A stretch of 64,000 nucleotides of DNA from Sporopachydermia quercuum (lineage: Eukaryota), in the NCBI GenBank assembly GCA_001599295.1, contig BCGN01000009.1:248001-312000 (forward strand). Direction: 5' to 3'. The stretch's first letter is position 1, and the number at the start of each line of letters is the position of its first letter. The translations under genes and the position numbers were made by a program. The notes under the pieces were generated by a model. It worked only from the letters and a program-made list of their open reading frames with translations. It ran no database searches and was not told the DNA's origin. This document shows, one piece after another, positions 1 through 11,591 of this stretch.

Positions 1-2
1 AT

Positions 3-272
3 GAGACAAAGTTGATTTGTTATATACTAGTACTAATGCTTCATATTGATGGCTTCAAAGCAGAATTGACACCATTATCTCAAGAGTTAAGTGTAGCTCC
101 TTCTAAGCTTCGAGAACTATTCAAAGCTTTAGGTTGTTCAGTTGCTGCTGCTACAGTGAAAGATTCTGAGAAATTCAATATTCCTCGTGGGACTGCTCAT
201 AGTTATCTTATTGCTACATTGAAGGTTCCATTGAAGTTACCTGATTTAACAAGAGGTAGAAAGAGAAGGTAA
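3..272 (+). CDS. RPA49: RNA polymerase I subunit A49, 3' end only (gene starts before the window)
   Basis: Frame is open from base 3: ETKLICYILVLMLHIDGF...KLRELFKALGC...YLIATLKVPLKLP...RGRKRR*, which matches the A49 C-terminal winged-helix region. Confidence 0.85.
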   Translation, partial: ETKLICYILVLMLHIDGFKAELTPLSQELSVAPSKLRELFKALGCSVAAATVKDSEKFNIPRGTAHSYLIATLKVPLKLPDLTRGRKRR

Positions 273-1744
273 ATGGGTACTAGTTGGTGATTCATTGAGT
301 ATATAAATATAAATGGTTCTGGCAGTAACTTCTATTTTGTAGAAATAGTATTGTCTGAATTTATGGTTGAGTGTCGTAATGTCTATGGTTATNAGCTTTT
401 AGTTTCAGTGTATAATGTGAATGCCAGCAATGGTTGCTCGATTTGGTTATTGTTATGCGTAAGAATGAAGACTTTCCAGCGAAACCTCTCCAAGTGACAT
501 GAAACGATGAGCAAGCGTATCAAATTACACCTCCCATTTGATCTTGTATAAGCATTCAATGAATTAGACAGAATAGTTTTGAGTTATAAAGTAGAATGAA
601 ATCAACATTGGTATTTATTTTGGTTCGAAAAAGTGTTCCAGCATTCATTATGATAATAGCATATGACCATGAAATTTCTATCGTTGTATCACGTGATATC
701 TACTATTTTGATCTCTTACTATGTAACGAAAAGAAAGCAGATGTACTTTGGATATATAATATAACCAAGCCCATCTTTTAGTAAGCTCAAAAAACTTTAC
801 TGTAAACAAACCGACACAAAACTGTATGACTCTAAGAATCTCATTTGGTGAGTAACCTAGGATTGGTCTCAACGGATATTTTGTTAGGTTCGAGAAACCT
901 TGTTAGGTTATATCAGGGATGTATGTTCGGTTGGTTGGTAGGAAAGAAACACTATTTCTTCAGTCAATTATCTAGCAAATAAATAGATTACAATTTCTTC
1001 CAATGAATATAGTTCTTATGTTTCTGAATATTTTTCGTTTCACCTTCAATTTCTTTCGTCATACCAAACTGAACAGTGTTGGCTTCATCATAAATCGTCC
1101 AATAATCACAGTAATTTCAGTTTCAGAGATTATACCCGTCAACCTTTGACATATAACTTACGATTGATTTAATNAAATTGCATTCTCTCGCTTCATAAAA
1201 ATCTAGAGCTGGTATGAAAACGTATCATTTACTCTTCTTCCGTGTGTTCCCTATACCGTATTTTCGTTCCTGNAGGATCGATCTAGTGACAGTTCCTTCA
1301 AGAATAGGTTTACCATGATTACGTATTTATTATTACATAATCGAAATATATATTTTCATCTTCAGAATCAAGAACTCAAACACCTAAAGATAAATCTTAA
1401 CCACACATTCAATAAAAGTACTAGNTGAATATAACGAAGAGTGGAAAAATTGATAGCAACAATATTGAATCCGGTATTAAATCACCGAGAATTAAGGCTT
1501 GATATGTGATCTGAAATCGGCGTGACTTAATTACTATTTGTGGAGTTGGCAATTCCCGAAATTCATCTCATTGGCTTGATTCTCGCCTTAACCGTGACTG
1601 CTAACTGTTTACTTCATCGACAGACAATTGAGCTGCTCTAAATAACAAGCCACAGAACATAAACCATTAGAAAGCTAAGCCGCAACAGCCTCATATACTC
1701 CTCCTATCCTTCTTGCCCCTCATTTCACTTCCTGATCCGCTACA

Positions 1745-4700
1745 ATGTCTGGATCGCCCCAAAACTCAGCACTCCTTTCATCAGTCCCCACTCCCTTATC
1801 GTTCATCCCGTCAAAAGCCTCCGACAAACTACACAACGACTCAAAAAGTAAGCGCTATATCACTGCAATCGAGAGAGCCTTAACATTATTTGATGCTGTG
1901 GAAGAATGGGCCGACTACATCTCCTTTTTAGGCAAACTACTAAAGGCTTTGCGCCAACATACGGACCATTGGATTCCTTCCGATAATTTGGTTTCAGCTA
2001 AGCTGGCGCAATGCCTGAACCTAAATCTTCCTAGCGGAGTTCACCAGAAGGCATTGGAAGTCTATGATTACGTATTCGAAATTCTTGGCAATGATAACCT
2101 AGCGGAAAAACTCGCAATATGGTTGCCAGGGATCCTTCCGTTAATGAATTATGCCAGTATCAATGTTAAGCCGGTATTATTAACATTATTCCGAAGGTAC
2201 ATACTTCCACTTCCGAAATTTGCTTTGAGAATTGCACTGAAGCCTATTTTAGTATCTTTACTCCCGGGAATTGACGACGAGTCTTCCGAATCTTTTCAAA
2301 CAACTATGAAGATCATTTCCGATTTTCGCAAAAATTTAGGAAATGATTCATTCTTTTGGCAAGCTTTTTTTTTAGTGATATTAACGTCTCCCGACCGTCG
2401 GCTTGGAGCTTTAGTATTTGCAGGTAAATACCTACCAAGTTTCCAGCTTCCGAAAGATTGTAATGCGGAAACTCGGGACGAAATTCTGGCTAATCTGTCC
2501 GCGGAAGCTAAAGCTGCTATTTCTCCCGAACCGGGGTTACTACTTCGGATGTTTTCTTACGGGCTTTCCGACAGTCAGATTTTAGTCCAACGCGGTTTCT
2601 TTGATTTACTTATAGAGCGGCTAGAGTTAGGTTCCGCTGTTTTACAAGTTTTGGCTCGAGCGGAAGACTTGCAGCTGTTGGTGGAGAAAGCGGCTGAGGT
2701 TGTACTTCGGAAGGACATGTCATTAAACCGGAGATTATGGAGTTGGCTATTAGACTCTAGTTCTGTGTCGAGAAGTAATATAGGAAATCATAGCGGAAAC
2801 AATATAGTAAGCGGCGGCGGTGGAGGAAGTTCTGATGGGCCTGAAACGGGAAACACAATGTCCCGGGTGGAATATTTTGCCCGTTATGGGTTCCCTGCGT
2901 TATCCGAAGCAATTCTGAATCTTATTTATAGCCAAGAACCGGTTAAAATGAGCCGAGCGTTCCGTATTTGCCTCAGCACAATGGATCGATGGGAAATCGG
3001 TTCGGTAATCATTCCCGCAGTGTTTCTACCGATGATTGAGTCTGTAAAGGATCTTTCGGAAACAATTGAAGAAACATCCGATCCTCGGCAGGAAACTTTA
3101 AAAAGTGCTGCTGCATTGTTTGATGGAATCGAAGCTGTTTCAATCTGGTCCGATGGATTCCGATTACTTACTAACTTTAAAACATTACCATTACGATATA
3201 TTCCGGTAGAGAAAGAAGTAGATCCATCCGAACGAAAGAATTTGGAGCCGATAAAGTATAATTTAGAGTTATTTCTATTTATTGTACAAACGTTCAATCT
3301 TTCGGATGAGGAAATGGTAGTCACTCATTTACCGTTAATGTTGGAAGCCTTGTTTATACTAGGAGAAGATCTCCGGTTGTACCAATCCTCGGGTAATACT
3401 GAAATATCTCGGCTTTGGTTGGAAATATGCGGCAAAGTACTTGAATTAATTCCGAGCCGAGCCTTCATACCTCAACAGCATGCACCGGAAGATATAATAA
3501 CGGATAATTCAGAGATTATTTCCGTTATTGGAAAATTTTACGGAATAAAATCGGAGATCGTTTTGGAAGAAGTACCCGAAGGGGATAAAAACTCAGAACA
3601 ATTGATAACCTCGGAAGCTTCCGGAAGCAAACCGGAAATAACCCCAAAATTTGAAACAGCATCAGAAAGCTTAAATCCACCATTTAACGGGGCTACTTTA
3701 ACCAGTATGCTAGTTAATAAGGTTTCCGATTTAACCTTAGAAGCGATCTTACAGTTACAAACCGAAAACCCAAATCGAGTTTCGGAAAATTATTCAGGAT
3801 CTTATTTTCTTCCTAATTCTTCCGTAGTTTCAACCATCTGCGATCTTTTGACTTCCTTGCACGAACAAATTCCGGAACACGAAACTTGGAAACCGAAAAC
3901 TATTCTGAAAACTTTACTGCAAACACCGGAGTATTCCGTAAACCCTGTTATACAGTTTGGAATTGTCAAACTCATTATTTCCGTTATTCAAAGCTTAAAA
4001 ATAACTGAGAAGAGACAATTAATCCACAAAGCAGTCCGTTTACTATGGCACCCATTGACTCATCGATCGGGTGAATTTCAAGTCGAAGCAGTAACTTTAT
4101 TATGGCAATTGCAGGAGAAATCTTCTGGTCGCGAAGTAGAAGCAGCATTTTGTAAAGTTTTTGTTGATCTGGGGGAAAATTCTGAACAGAAATACCGAGC
4201 CTTTTCCGCTTTATGGACTCATTCAATTGATCGACGCAACTATGAACTATTAATATTTAGACCATTATTTTTATTCCTTGATGGATTACAAACATCTTTG
4301 GATCCGTCGGAACGGATGCTAACAGAACAATGGATACAGGAAACTGTTTCTTCCGGATTAAGCAATCGACTTTTTGCATCATTGATCAATCCGTTACTCC
4401 GCACGGCATTTTTATCTCGAGATCCGTTAGTATTTCAGCTATATTCGGATGATTTGGACCTTTTTGCTTATTATGCGGAAACCTTAATGAATGTACTAAC
4501 TACTGGGAAGACTGAGGAAACCGGAAAAGCCAATTTACGGAAGTCTTTCCGTTCGGAACTTGCCGTAATCGATCAGCAAGTCCGGCGAGCGATCTCGGAA
4601 GCCAATATTGACGGGAATAATATATCTACATACAAAGATTTGTTATTAGCGGTATTAAGGAAGATATTTAAGGCTAAACTAGGAAATCTTGGAGCAGAAG

Positions 4701-7700
4701 GAACCTCCCCTTTNGGGGACATTCATCAGAGTCGATTTCAACAAGCCTACTGTCACGTGATGAGTACTTGCATACGATTATTTGATTTCGTTATTGACGG
4801 CAGTGAAACTGATTTTGGAAAAGATGTTTGTATAATAGCGGAAATAATATGCCAGCAGTTGTTTTCTGGCGAATTGTCGGCAAGATCCACACAATCAGCC
4901 AGATTACCTACTTCGGGTGATAGAAACAGTAATATCTCCGACGTGTTTACTTTAACTTCGCATTTGGAACCTAATTCAAGCTCAAACCTCAACACCNACC
5001 TCAATTGTAACGCTAATGCTAAAATATACGTCCATGTATTGTTAGTCAACACGATCAGCAAATTACTACAAATTGCACATACTAAGTCAATCAATTTGAA
5101 TAGTATCCGGCCTACACTAGCTCGGCAATTATCGGAATCGAAAACTCAGTCAACATCAGGGTCGGGTAATTTTGGATTAGAGAATTTACTTATTTCCGTT
5201 TTCAGAACTGGAAGCTCGATGATTATGGAAGCTTGGAATGCCGTTTTAGTAAGATGTACGGAATACTTTCCCGATATAGTGTTTGGACACCTTACTACTT
5301 TAGTTGAAGGTTTGTGTAAACAAATAGATCTAACGTTTGATTGGATTAACCGATCTTTTGATCCGGAATTGGCACCACAACCAGGAAATCCCGCACTAAA
5401 ATTGGAATCGGAATATTTATCGGAATTCTCAACAGATCAATGTATTTTATTACTAATGTCAGGGTTAGAACACGTGCTCGTTGCTGCCCACAAAAATCTA
5501 ATTCGGATAGAAGAACCCAGAACAGGTACTAAATCAACGTCAGAGCAGTCCTCGGGTTTTTTCGGATCCGTTATGCAAGGAGTTTTTGCAGTAGAAGTTT
5601 CATCAGCGAATTCTTCCGAGCCTTCCGCTTCTGCTTATTTGACCTTTTTATGCTTCAGAACAGCTATCAGAACTTGTTTCCGGATATGGCTTTGGGCTGA
5701 GAATAAACACAATTTCAATAGTCGTCGGGAAAGTTCTGTCGGGGCAACCATAACCGCGTCGGAAGACCCGTTCCGACAGTCTACAATATATCATGCCGCT
5801 AAATTGAAGTTCCGAACTAAACGGCTGGTAGAGAAATTGTTCGAGTTAGAGCCATTGGAAACAGTTGAAACTTTAGTGGAATTGTCGGAATACTCAGTCC
5901 AATCGGGTAAATTCGGTTCGGAGAGTAACTTGAATATCAGCTTAAGTTTCAACCGAAATTCCAATCTTGTTTCTTCTACTCGGCCCGTTTTTAAGATGTT
6001 GCAAGTGTTAGACGGATCTCGGCCTCAGTTAACTATACCTTACCTATTCCGCGGAATTATATCCCGNGTTGATCCAACATTAACGGATGGGCCGAGCCGA
6101 TCAAGCCGAACTTCTGAGCTTTCGGAAATGACAATTGCTCAATTCCTTATCGGATATGTTGGAAACTTAGAAAATGATGCAATGGAAGACATATGGCCGG
6201 CAAGTTTAACGTTTTTAAAGGAAATTTCGGCAAACNTTCTGATATTTAGACATATTTTACCTGAGCTTATTGGTTTTACAAGTAGACTGGCAATTAAAGT
6301 GGATAAAACAAAGTTTGGGTCCCAGAAGAAGCCTCGGAAGGATCTAGCGGAAACATTACTGCGGATATTATCGGGAGGAATCGGGCCAGCTAAGACAAAC
6401 CTTGCTAATATGTTAGGACCTGAACGTGATGCTTCGGAGGATTTTTTAGGTTCAGGATCAGGTTCAAGTTCATTAGGTGTTGCTGCAACGGACTTGAAGG
6501 TGCATTCGTCAACAGCATCAATGCATACCATAGCTGAAAACTCTAATGGCAATACTAATATCAATTCGACTGCGAATACCACTCCCGCAACTACATTAGG
6601 AATACCGGGAACCGGAAATGGAAGCATAATAACGCAGGCAGGAAACTCTACCGGAAAGCCATTCGGACAGGAAGAACTGTGCGGAACATTAGTGTCCATT
6701 ACTCCAACTTTACCAACAATAATCCAAGAGCCCGACAAGCTCACCTCGGCATTGAACCTTATTTTCAGTAACCTTATTTCTCCGATTGGCAAACTTAAAG
6801 AATTTCCAACCACAATCCCAAATTATATCATCCCGCTGATTTCCGCCACGGGAGAACTTATCTTCAACTCTACCGGTATTTCCAATAACTTACAAAAACA
6901 GTGGAAATCATTGGTCTATGACGTAATCACTGATTCTCGGGTCTTTAGCTTATCACAATCTGCAATCACTACATGGCAACCAGCATTTGTGAAATGGTGT
7001 TCTGTAGATTCGGATAAATTCGCCGAGTTTTTGAGCAGAGCCATCGGACATTCATCAAACGCCAACACTCTTTTCGGTTGGAATGACCAAGACACCGAAA
7101 TTCGGAGGTTGTACCTAAAGAGGGTAACACTTTTGCTGCTAACTAATGAAAAGGATCATTATTTAGGTCAATTTAAGGAAATCTTGGATAAACTGCAAAT
7201 GGCTTTCCGACTATTCCCGAGTCTTTATTCCGAAGTGTTTCTATGCATCCGGGCTATTGTTCTCCGATACTCGGAACAACATTTACTAACTATCTGGACC
7301 TTTGTTTATACTGAGCTTCGGAATATCTTATCAGAATTGAGAACGGATTCTGAATTCAAATCTATCTTTTCCGCTTGTAAATTATTAGATATGTTACTTA
7401 CGCTTGGATATGAGGAATTCCGACTGAATGAATGGTTATTTATTACTGACAGTGTTGATGCTATTTATAGAAATTCGGAATTTCCGCCATTAGCATTAGT
7501 TGATCAGCTAGGAAAAGTCATCGGAGCTAACGAAAATGACGGTAGGAATAATGGAGACTATAAAAATGGGAACAATACCGGAAATAACACCAATAGCCTT
7601 AAAGTTGATAACAGTGCTAATAACAGTGGTAATGCTAATATTATTAATAACAGCAACAGTTATACCAACAACGTTACTAGTTATAATGACTTTTTTGACA

Positions 7701-7915
7701 ATGATTTTGTACCTATTAGAATAACTGAAAGAGTACCAGGAAAACCATTATTACTTGGATTTAATATTAATAACACTGAGAAGTATTCAATTCAATCGTT
7801 GAAACACTTTTTTGATGCAATTAGCATGTTCAACTTTGATAGAGTGTATCATATGGAAAAATGCGATTTAGAGGCCTGCGAAAATGACTTGTATGAAGAT
7901 TTATTCAATTGGTGA
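1745..7915 (+). CDS. DOP1: Dopey family endosome/Golgi trafficking protein, 2056 aa
   Basis: Dopey N-terminal motifs EWADYISFLGKLLKAL, LAQCLN.NLPSGVHQKALEVY and VLRKDMSLNRRLWSWL; C-terminal SACKLLD..L...EEF...EWLFITD. Adjacent to MTQ2 and RUB1, as in S. cerevisiae. Confidence 0.95.
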   Translation: MSGSPQNSALLSSVPTPLSFIPSKASDKLHNDSKSKRYITAIERALTLFDAVEEWADYISFLGKLLKALRQHTDHWIPSDNLVSAKLAQCLNLNLPSGVHQKALEVYDYVFEILGNDNLAEKLAIWLPGILPLMNYASINVKPVLLTLFRRYILPLPKFALRIALKPILVSLLPGIDDESSESFQTTMKIISDFRKNLGNDSFFWQAFFLVILTSPDRRLGALVFAGKYLPSFQLPKDCNAETRDEILANLSAEAKAAISPEPGLLLRMFSYGLSDSQILVQRGFFDLLIERLELGSAVLQVLARAEDLQLLVEKAAEVVLRKDMSLNRRLWSWLLDSSSVSRSNIGNHSGNNIVSGGGGGSSDGPETGNTMSRVEYFARYGFPALSEAILNLIYSQEPVKMSRAFRICLSTMDRWEIGSVIIPAVFLPMIESVKDLSETIEETSDPRQETLKSAAALFDGIEAVSIWSDGFRLLTNFKTLPLRYIPVEKEVDPSERKNLEPIKYNLELFLFIVQTFNLSDEEMVVTHLPLMLEALFILGEDLRLYQSSGNTEISRLWLEICGKVLELIPSRAFIPQQHAPEDIITDNSEIISVIGKFYGIKSEIVLEEVPEGDKNSEQLITSEASGSKPEITPKFETASESLNPPFNGATLTSMLVNKVSDLTLEAILQLQTENPNRVSENYSGSYFLPNSSVVSTICDLLTSLHEQIPEHETWKPKTILKTLLQTPEYSVNPVIQFGIVKLIISVIQSLKITEKRQLIHKAVRLLWHPLTHRSGEFQVEAVTLLWQLQEKSSGREVEAAFCKVFVDLGENSEQKYRAFSALWTHSIDRRNYELLIFRPLFLFLDGLQTSLDPSERMLTEQWIQETVSSGLSNRLFASLINPLLRTAFLSRDPLVFQLYSDDLDLFAYYAETLMNVLTTGKTEETGKANLRKSFRSELAVIDQQVRRAISEANIDGNNISTYKDLLLAVLRKIFKAKLGNLGAEGTSPXGDIHQSRFQQAYCHVMSTCIRLFDFVIDGSETDFGKDVCIIAEIICQQLFSGELSARSTQSARLPTSGDRNSNISDVFTLTSHLEPNSSSNLNTXLNCNANAKIYVHVLLVNTISKLLQIAHTKSINLNSIRPTLARQLSESKTQSTSGSGNFGLENLLISVFRTGSSMIMEAWNAVLVRCTEYFPDIVFGHLTTLVEGLCKQIDLTFDWINRSFDPELAPQPGNPALKLESEYLSEFSTDQCILLLMSGLEHVLVAAHKNLIRIEEPRTGTKSTSEQSSGFFGSVMQGVFAVEVSSANSSEPSASAYLTFLCFRTAIRTCFRIWLWAENKHNFNSRRESSVGATITASEDPFRQSTIYHAAKLKFRTKRLVEKLFELEPLETVETLVELSEYSVQSGKFGSESNLNISLSFNRNSNLVSSTRPVFKMLQVLDGSRPQLTIPYLFRGIISXVDPTLTDGPSRSSRTSELSEMTIAQFLIGYVGNLENDAMEDIWPASLTFLKEISANXLIFRHILPELIGFTSRLAIKVDKTKFGSQKKPRKDLAETLLRILSGGIGPAKTNLANMLGPERDASEDFLGSGSGSSSLGVAATDLKVHSSTASMHTIAENSNGNTNINSTANTTPATTLGIPGTGNGSIITQAGNSTGKPFGQEELCGTLVSITPTLPTIIQEPDKLTSALNLIFSNLISPIGKLKEFPTTIPNYIIPLISATGELIFNSTGISNNLQKQWKSLVYDVITDSRVFSLSQSAITTWQPAFVKWCSVDSDKFAEFLSRAIGHSSNANTLFGWNDQDTEIRRLYLKRVTLLLLTNEKDHYLGQFKEILDKLQMAFRLFPSLYSEVFLCIRAIVLRYSEQHLLTIWTFVYTELRNILSELRTDSEFKSIFSACKLLDMLLTLGYEEFRLNEWLFITDSVDAIYRNSEFPPLALVDQLGKVIGANENDGRNNGDYKNGNNTGNNTNSLKVDNSANNSGNANIINNSNSYTNNVTSYNDFFDNDFVPIRITERVPGKPLLLGFNINNTEKYSIQSLKHFFDAISMFNFDRVYHMEKCDLEACENDLYEDLFNW

Positions 7916-8364
7916 TAGGAATACCGGAACCTAGAAGTGATATAATGGAAAAGATGATTTGTATACCGGAAATTATACAGAGAATATCTAGGATAGTAAC
8001 TCGACGTAATGGCGGAATTGATGAAGTATCATATATCATCAACAGCATGGCCTTATGGAATAGCTCTTCGAAGTGCAGATGTTTCCTTTCTTTCTTGAAG
8101 CTTTCAATCAAGCCTTCTGGTGTATCCTTTGAGAATGTTAGTTAGCTCTTCTCAATCGAACGCTCTTCCTTCTAAAGCTGCTCACCTTTTGATCGCTTGT
8201 TAACATATTGGATTTTATGCACTATTGGAATCGCACAAAGTATCTTTGTTTGATATATTAGGTTGATATGGGTTTATATCATATGTAGATACACCATTGT
8301 TTATAGTATATATAGTACTGTGTTATAATGAATTGTGCTATAAGACTATTATGTACTGATTGAA

Positions 8365-8388
8365 TACAGATTACAGATTACAGATTAC
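8365..8388. repeat. (TACAGAT)x3.4 short tandem repeat
   Basis: tacagat tacagat tacagat tac read directly. Confidence 0.8.
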
Positions 8389-9179
8389 TAGATCTGTGTT
8401 ATTCTGGTATGTAAAAGAGAGTGTTATTTCAAACAATATAGCAAGTTCTCTTTTTTTTTTTTTGCTGGTCATTTGCATGAAAATAATATAGCTCATCCCA
8501 AAGGATAATTACCAATTGGCTCTAATTGACTATCTTGCCTCCTGATAGTTTTAGAAGATGTCATCTCCATTCAGTATTCCCAACAATAATAGTAATAGTG
8601 AGCAGCAGCTTTGAAGGGGTTTCTATCAAAAAGTGATTATTCATCAGAATAATCAAAACAGTAATGCTTTCGCCAGTTGATGCCTTATGCACATTAGGAT
8701 TAACGCTGTTCTCTGTTGCAATTCCTTTCTTCCACTGTTCCTGTTCCTTCAATTGTTTTTCCTCTATTTTATCTCTATTTCTGACTCTCATTTCTGACTT
8801 CTTTGCTCTCCTAATCACCCCATTTTGATGTTCGAGGTCTCCTCTATTTTTGGACATTTTCATCCTATGATTCTAACATATTTTCACTATGAAATGTTAT
8901 AATGTTATCTCTTGAGTATCATTGAAATCAATANTGAAACACTCAATTTCGAGGCTAGAAGTATATAAACTGACGAAAAAGATATTTTAAACCAAGCAAT
9001 AATCAAATTTGGTTGCCGCTAGTTTATCGAGCAACTGAAGCCATTTAAACAGCTGAATCATATAATTGTTTTATGACTAGGCATTACTTTTGTATAGCCA
9101 CTTTTTACTACTTACTCAAGACCAAATAAACAAGCAGTAAAACCAATAAGACTAAGGTCACCTTCATACAACAGAAATT

Positions 9180-9869
9180 TTAACTCTTCCTTTGGAACTT
9201 AAAAACAGATAAAACCTCCCATCCAGCTTTTCTCGTAATAAGACATTCAGATTTCCAACCTTTACTTTCCATATGCCTTGCTACACTCTCAGGATGGTTT
9301 CTAGCACAGAATAAAATATAGGCTACTCCTTTTGATGACAAGTGGAAATCCAACTGAGATAGCAGTCTATTAGTAATATCCATACCTTCNGGACCTCCTA
9401 CTAATGCTATATCAAGCCATTGACCATCATTCTCATCAGCTTCTGATGGTTCTATGGGCACATGAGGACCAGGAACATAAGGAGGATTGAAAAGTAGTAA
9501 ATCTATGGAGCCAGATTTAAAAGCAGTTAATAAATCTGACCTTATGCCATCCCAGTGTTCAATTGAAGCCTGGTTATACAAGATAGTCCTAGGACAGTTA
9601 GCAATAGCTGTAGGGTTAATATCAGTGCTGAATAGTAGGGCCGAAGAGTTTGGGATGATGTGTTTGATAAGGAAAGCAGAAATGACGCCGGAACCACAAC
9701 CGATTTCGAGGAAAATTGGACAAGATATATTTTGAGATTGAAAGGTTTCGGAAATATACTTCTGTTCTTTTTCTGCTTCAAATACGTCTAATAGAAGAAA
9801 CGTATCTTCCGCTGGCTCGTATACTTTATCGAATGGAAAGTTGTTTGGAGTTATTGGAGTAGGCAGCAT
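9180..9869 (-). CDS. MTQ2: eRF1 glutamine N5-methyltransferase (HemK family)
   Basis: MLPTP...VYEPAEDTFLLLD, SAM motif LEIGCGSG, NPPY motif, C-terminal RKAGWEVLSV. ATG placed at 9869. Confidence 0.95.
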   Translation of the reverse strand: MLPTPITPNNFPFDKVYEPAEDTFLLLDVFEAEKEQKYISETFQSQNISCPIFLEIGCGSGVISAFLIKHIIPNSSALLFSTDINPTAIANCPRTILYNQASIEHWDGIRSDLLTAFKSGSIDLLLFNPPYVPGPHVPIEPSEADENDGQWLDIALVGGXEGMDITNRLLSQLDFHLSSKGVAYILFCARNHPESVARHMESKGWKSECLITRKAGWEVLSVFKFQRKS

Positions 9870-10922
9870 TTGAGTTGTTAGCATGAGAAGCAAAATCGGG
9901 TATTTGGTAGGATTTAGGATAAGGTTGAGAGTGCGGGAAGAAAATTTTTGGGTAGTTTGAACGCCGAGGAGTCGATAGGTCTCAAAGAAAAATTCTGGAA
10001 GAAAAGAATACGAGAATCAAAATTGAGCCGAGCAAGCAGTTTGATTGAAGTTCAAGATATGTGCAATCGTTGTTCAAGAAATGCGTATTGATCCGAGATC
10101 GATAATTTATGAGTGACAGGAAAGTATTCATGTATATTCAATTTAATTGAACCTTTATTATAATTAGATTATAAATTAATACACTATTCAAACTTCCAAC
10201 AGAATACTGCTTACATAGTTATCTTGGTCTTTTCATACTTGAATCTTCATTTTAAGTTAGCGAGTTTGTTAGGCAACGTCCAGAACTGGAAGTAAGAATC
10301 TACTAATCATTCTCATCTATCTATTTACTATATATGAATCATTACGCAGTTGAGATATTCCCCGAACTTGCAATCTGGAATTTGAAATAATGATTTTGAT
10401 AACCATATTGCTATTGTAGAGCAAACACTGCACCATGTTTTACTCACTGATCTGACATATTTATTACCCTTTCTTGAATACTTTTCATTTCATTTCATTA
10501 TTGCTTGCAAGGTATTACATCTCTAGTAACCCCCTCCGAAGAGATAATATTATGTCCAATCTCCNATGCTCACGGCTGCTATACTGTCCCAAATCTCATA
10601 TGCTAACTTGCTTGTGCTTCANTCGATTCAGTTGATGTGATGGTTGGTGTATTCATTCGATTGATTATGCTACATATTATCACTTGCTCCTTTAACTACA
10701 TGATAGAGAAATGAATACGTATAGTTAAATCTGAGTAACTGCGATAGAGCTTCATAGTTGTTTCATTGTTATATCAAGGGCCCGAGTTGTTGTAAAGATT
10801 CTTGTTCAAGATCAGGAAGGCTTTAGTGCGTGGAAAAAATATGATAAATAGAGATTGAGAGAGAACAAATTACAAGCAGGAAATAGGAATTCCGTAAGAG
10901 AAAAGATATATAAATCGGTATA

Positions 10923-11591
10923 ATGCAGATCAAAATAAAGGTATGTTGATAGTTGTTTTTTTTATCATAAAAAAACTTTTGAGCTTTAAGGTTTCTGGTA
11001 AACTGTAGGTGTTTTGTTTGTCACGGAGATAGTACTAACAGTTGCATCTGATAGACATTAGTTGGAACTGAGGTAAGAATTTTATTGGGAAGAAGTTACA
11101 CAGTTGAGATAAAAAAGTAATAATCAGGCAATTGTGCTATATTTGATTGGTATTATGCTAGAATATACGGAAATCATCATTAGTCGAAATCATTCGGTCT
11201 GCTTTTACTAACCTTATGCTTATTGATAGATTGTCATTGAAGTAGAACCAACTGATACTGTAAGTTGATGCAATTGATTAANTGTTAGCAAAATAGCCAT
11301 ACATTTATTCACTTACTAATAATTGATCTATTAGGTGTTGAATGTTAAACAGTTGTTAGAAGAGAAAGAAGGTATTCCACCAGCTCAACAACGATTGATT
11401 TACTCTGGCAAACAGATGTAAGTAATGATAGGAAGTGAACCTAAAAGTTGCTAATACAGTTGTTAAATATGTCAGTACTAACGATTAATCTTAATACTTC
11501 AAACAGCTCTGATGAATCTACTTTGGAAGCAGCAAATGTTGGACCAGGTGCATTACTTCACTTGGTTCTTGCATTGAGAGGAGGCAATTGA
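10923..11591 (+). CDS. RUB1: NEDD8/Rub1 ubiquitin-like modifier, 5 exons, 77 aa (absent from ORF track)
   Basis: Exons 10923-10940, 11055-11072, 11230-11259, 11335-11417, 11507-11591. Introns begin GTATGT/GTAAGA/GTAAGT/GTAAGT, with TACTAAC/TACTAAT branch points and YAG ends. Product: [77 protein letters not shown]. Ala72 and EEKEGIPP identify NEDD8 rather than ubiquitin. Confidence 0.96.

Noticed and set aside
1120..1165. TPP-riboswitch-like string GAGATTATACCCGTCAACC
   Set aside because: No CTGAGA, no P4/P5 (GATAAT...AGCG) segment, and no adjacent thiamine gene or intron.
7905..8863. Short ORFs and an intron-like GTGAGC...CTAAC...AAG on the minus strand between DOP1 and MTQ2
   Set aside because: No recognisable product; overlaps the DOP1 3' end; acceptor is weak.
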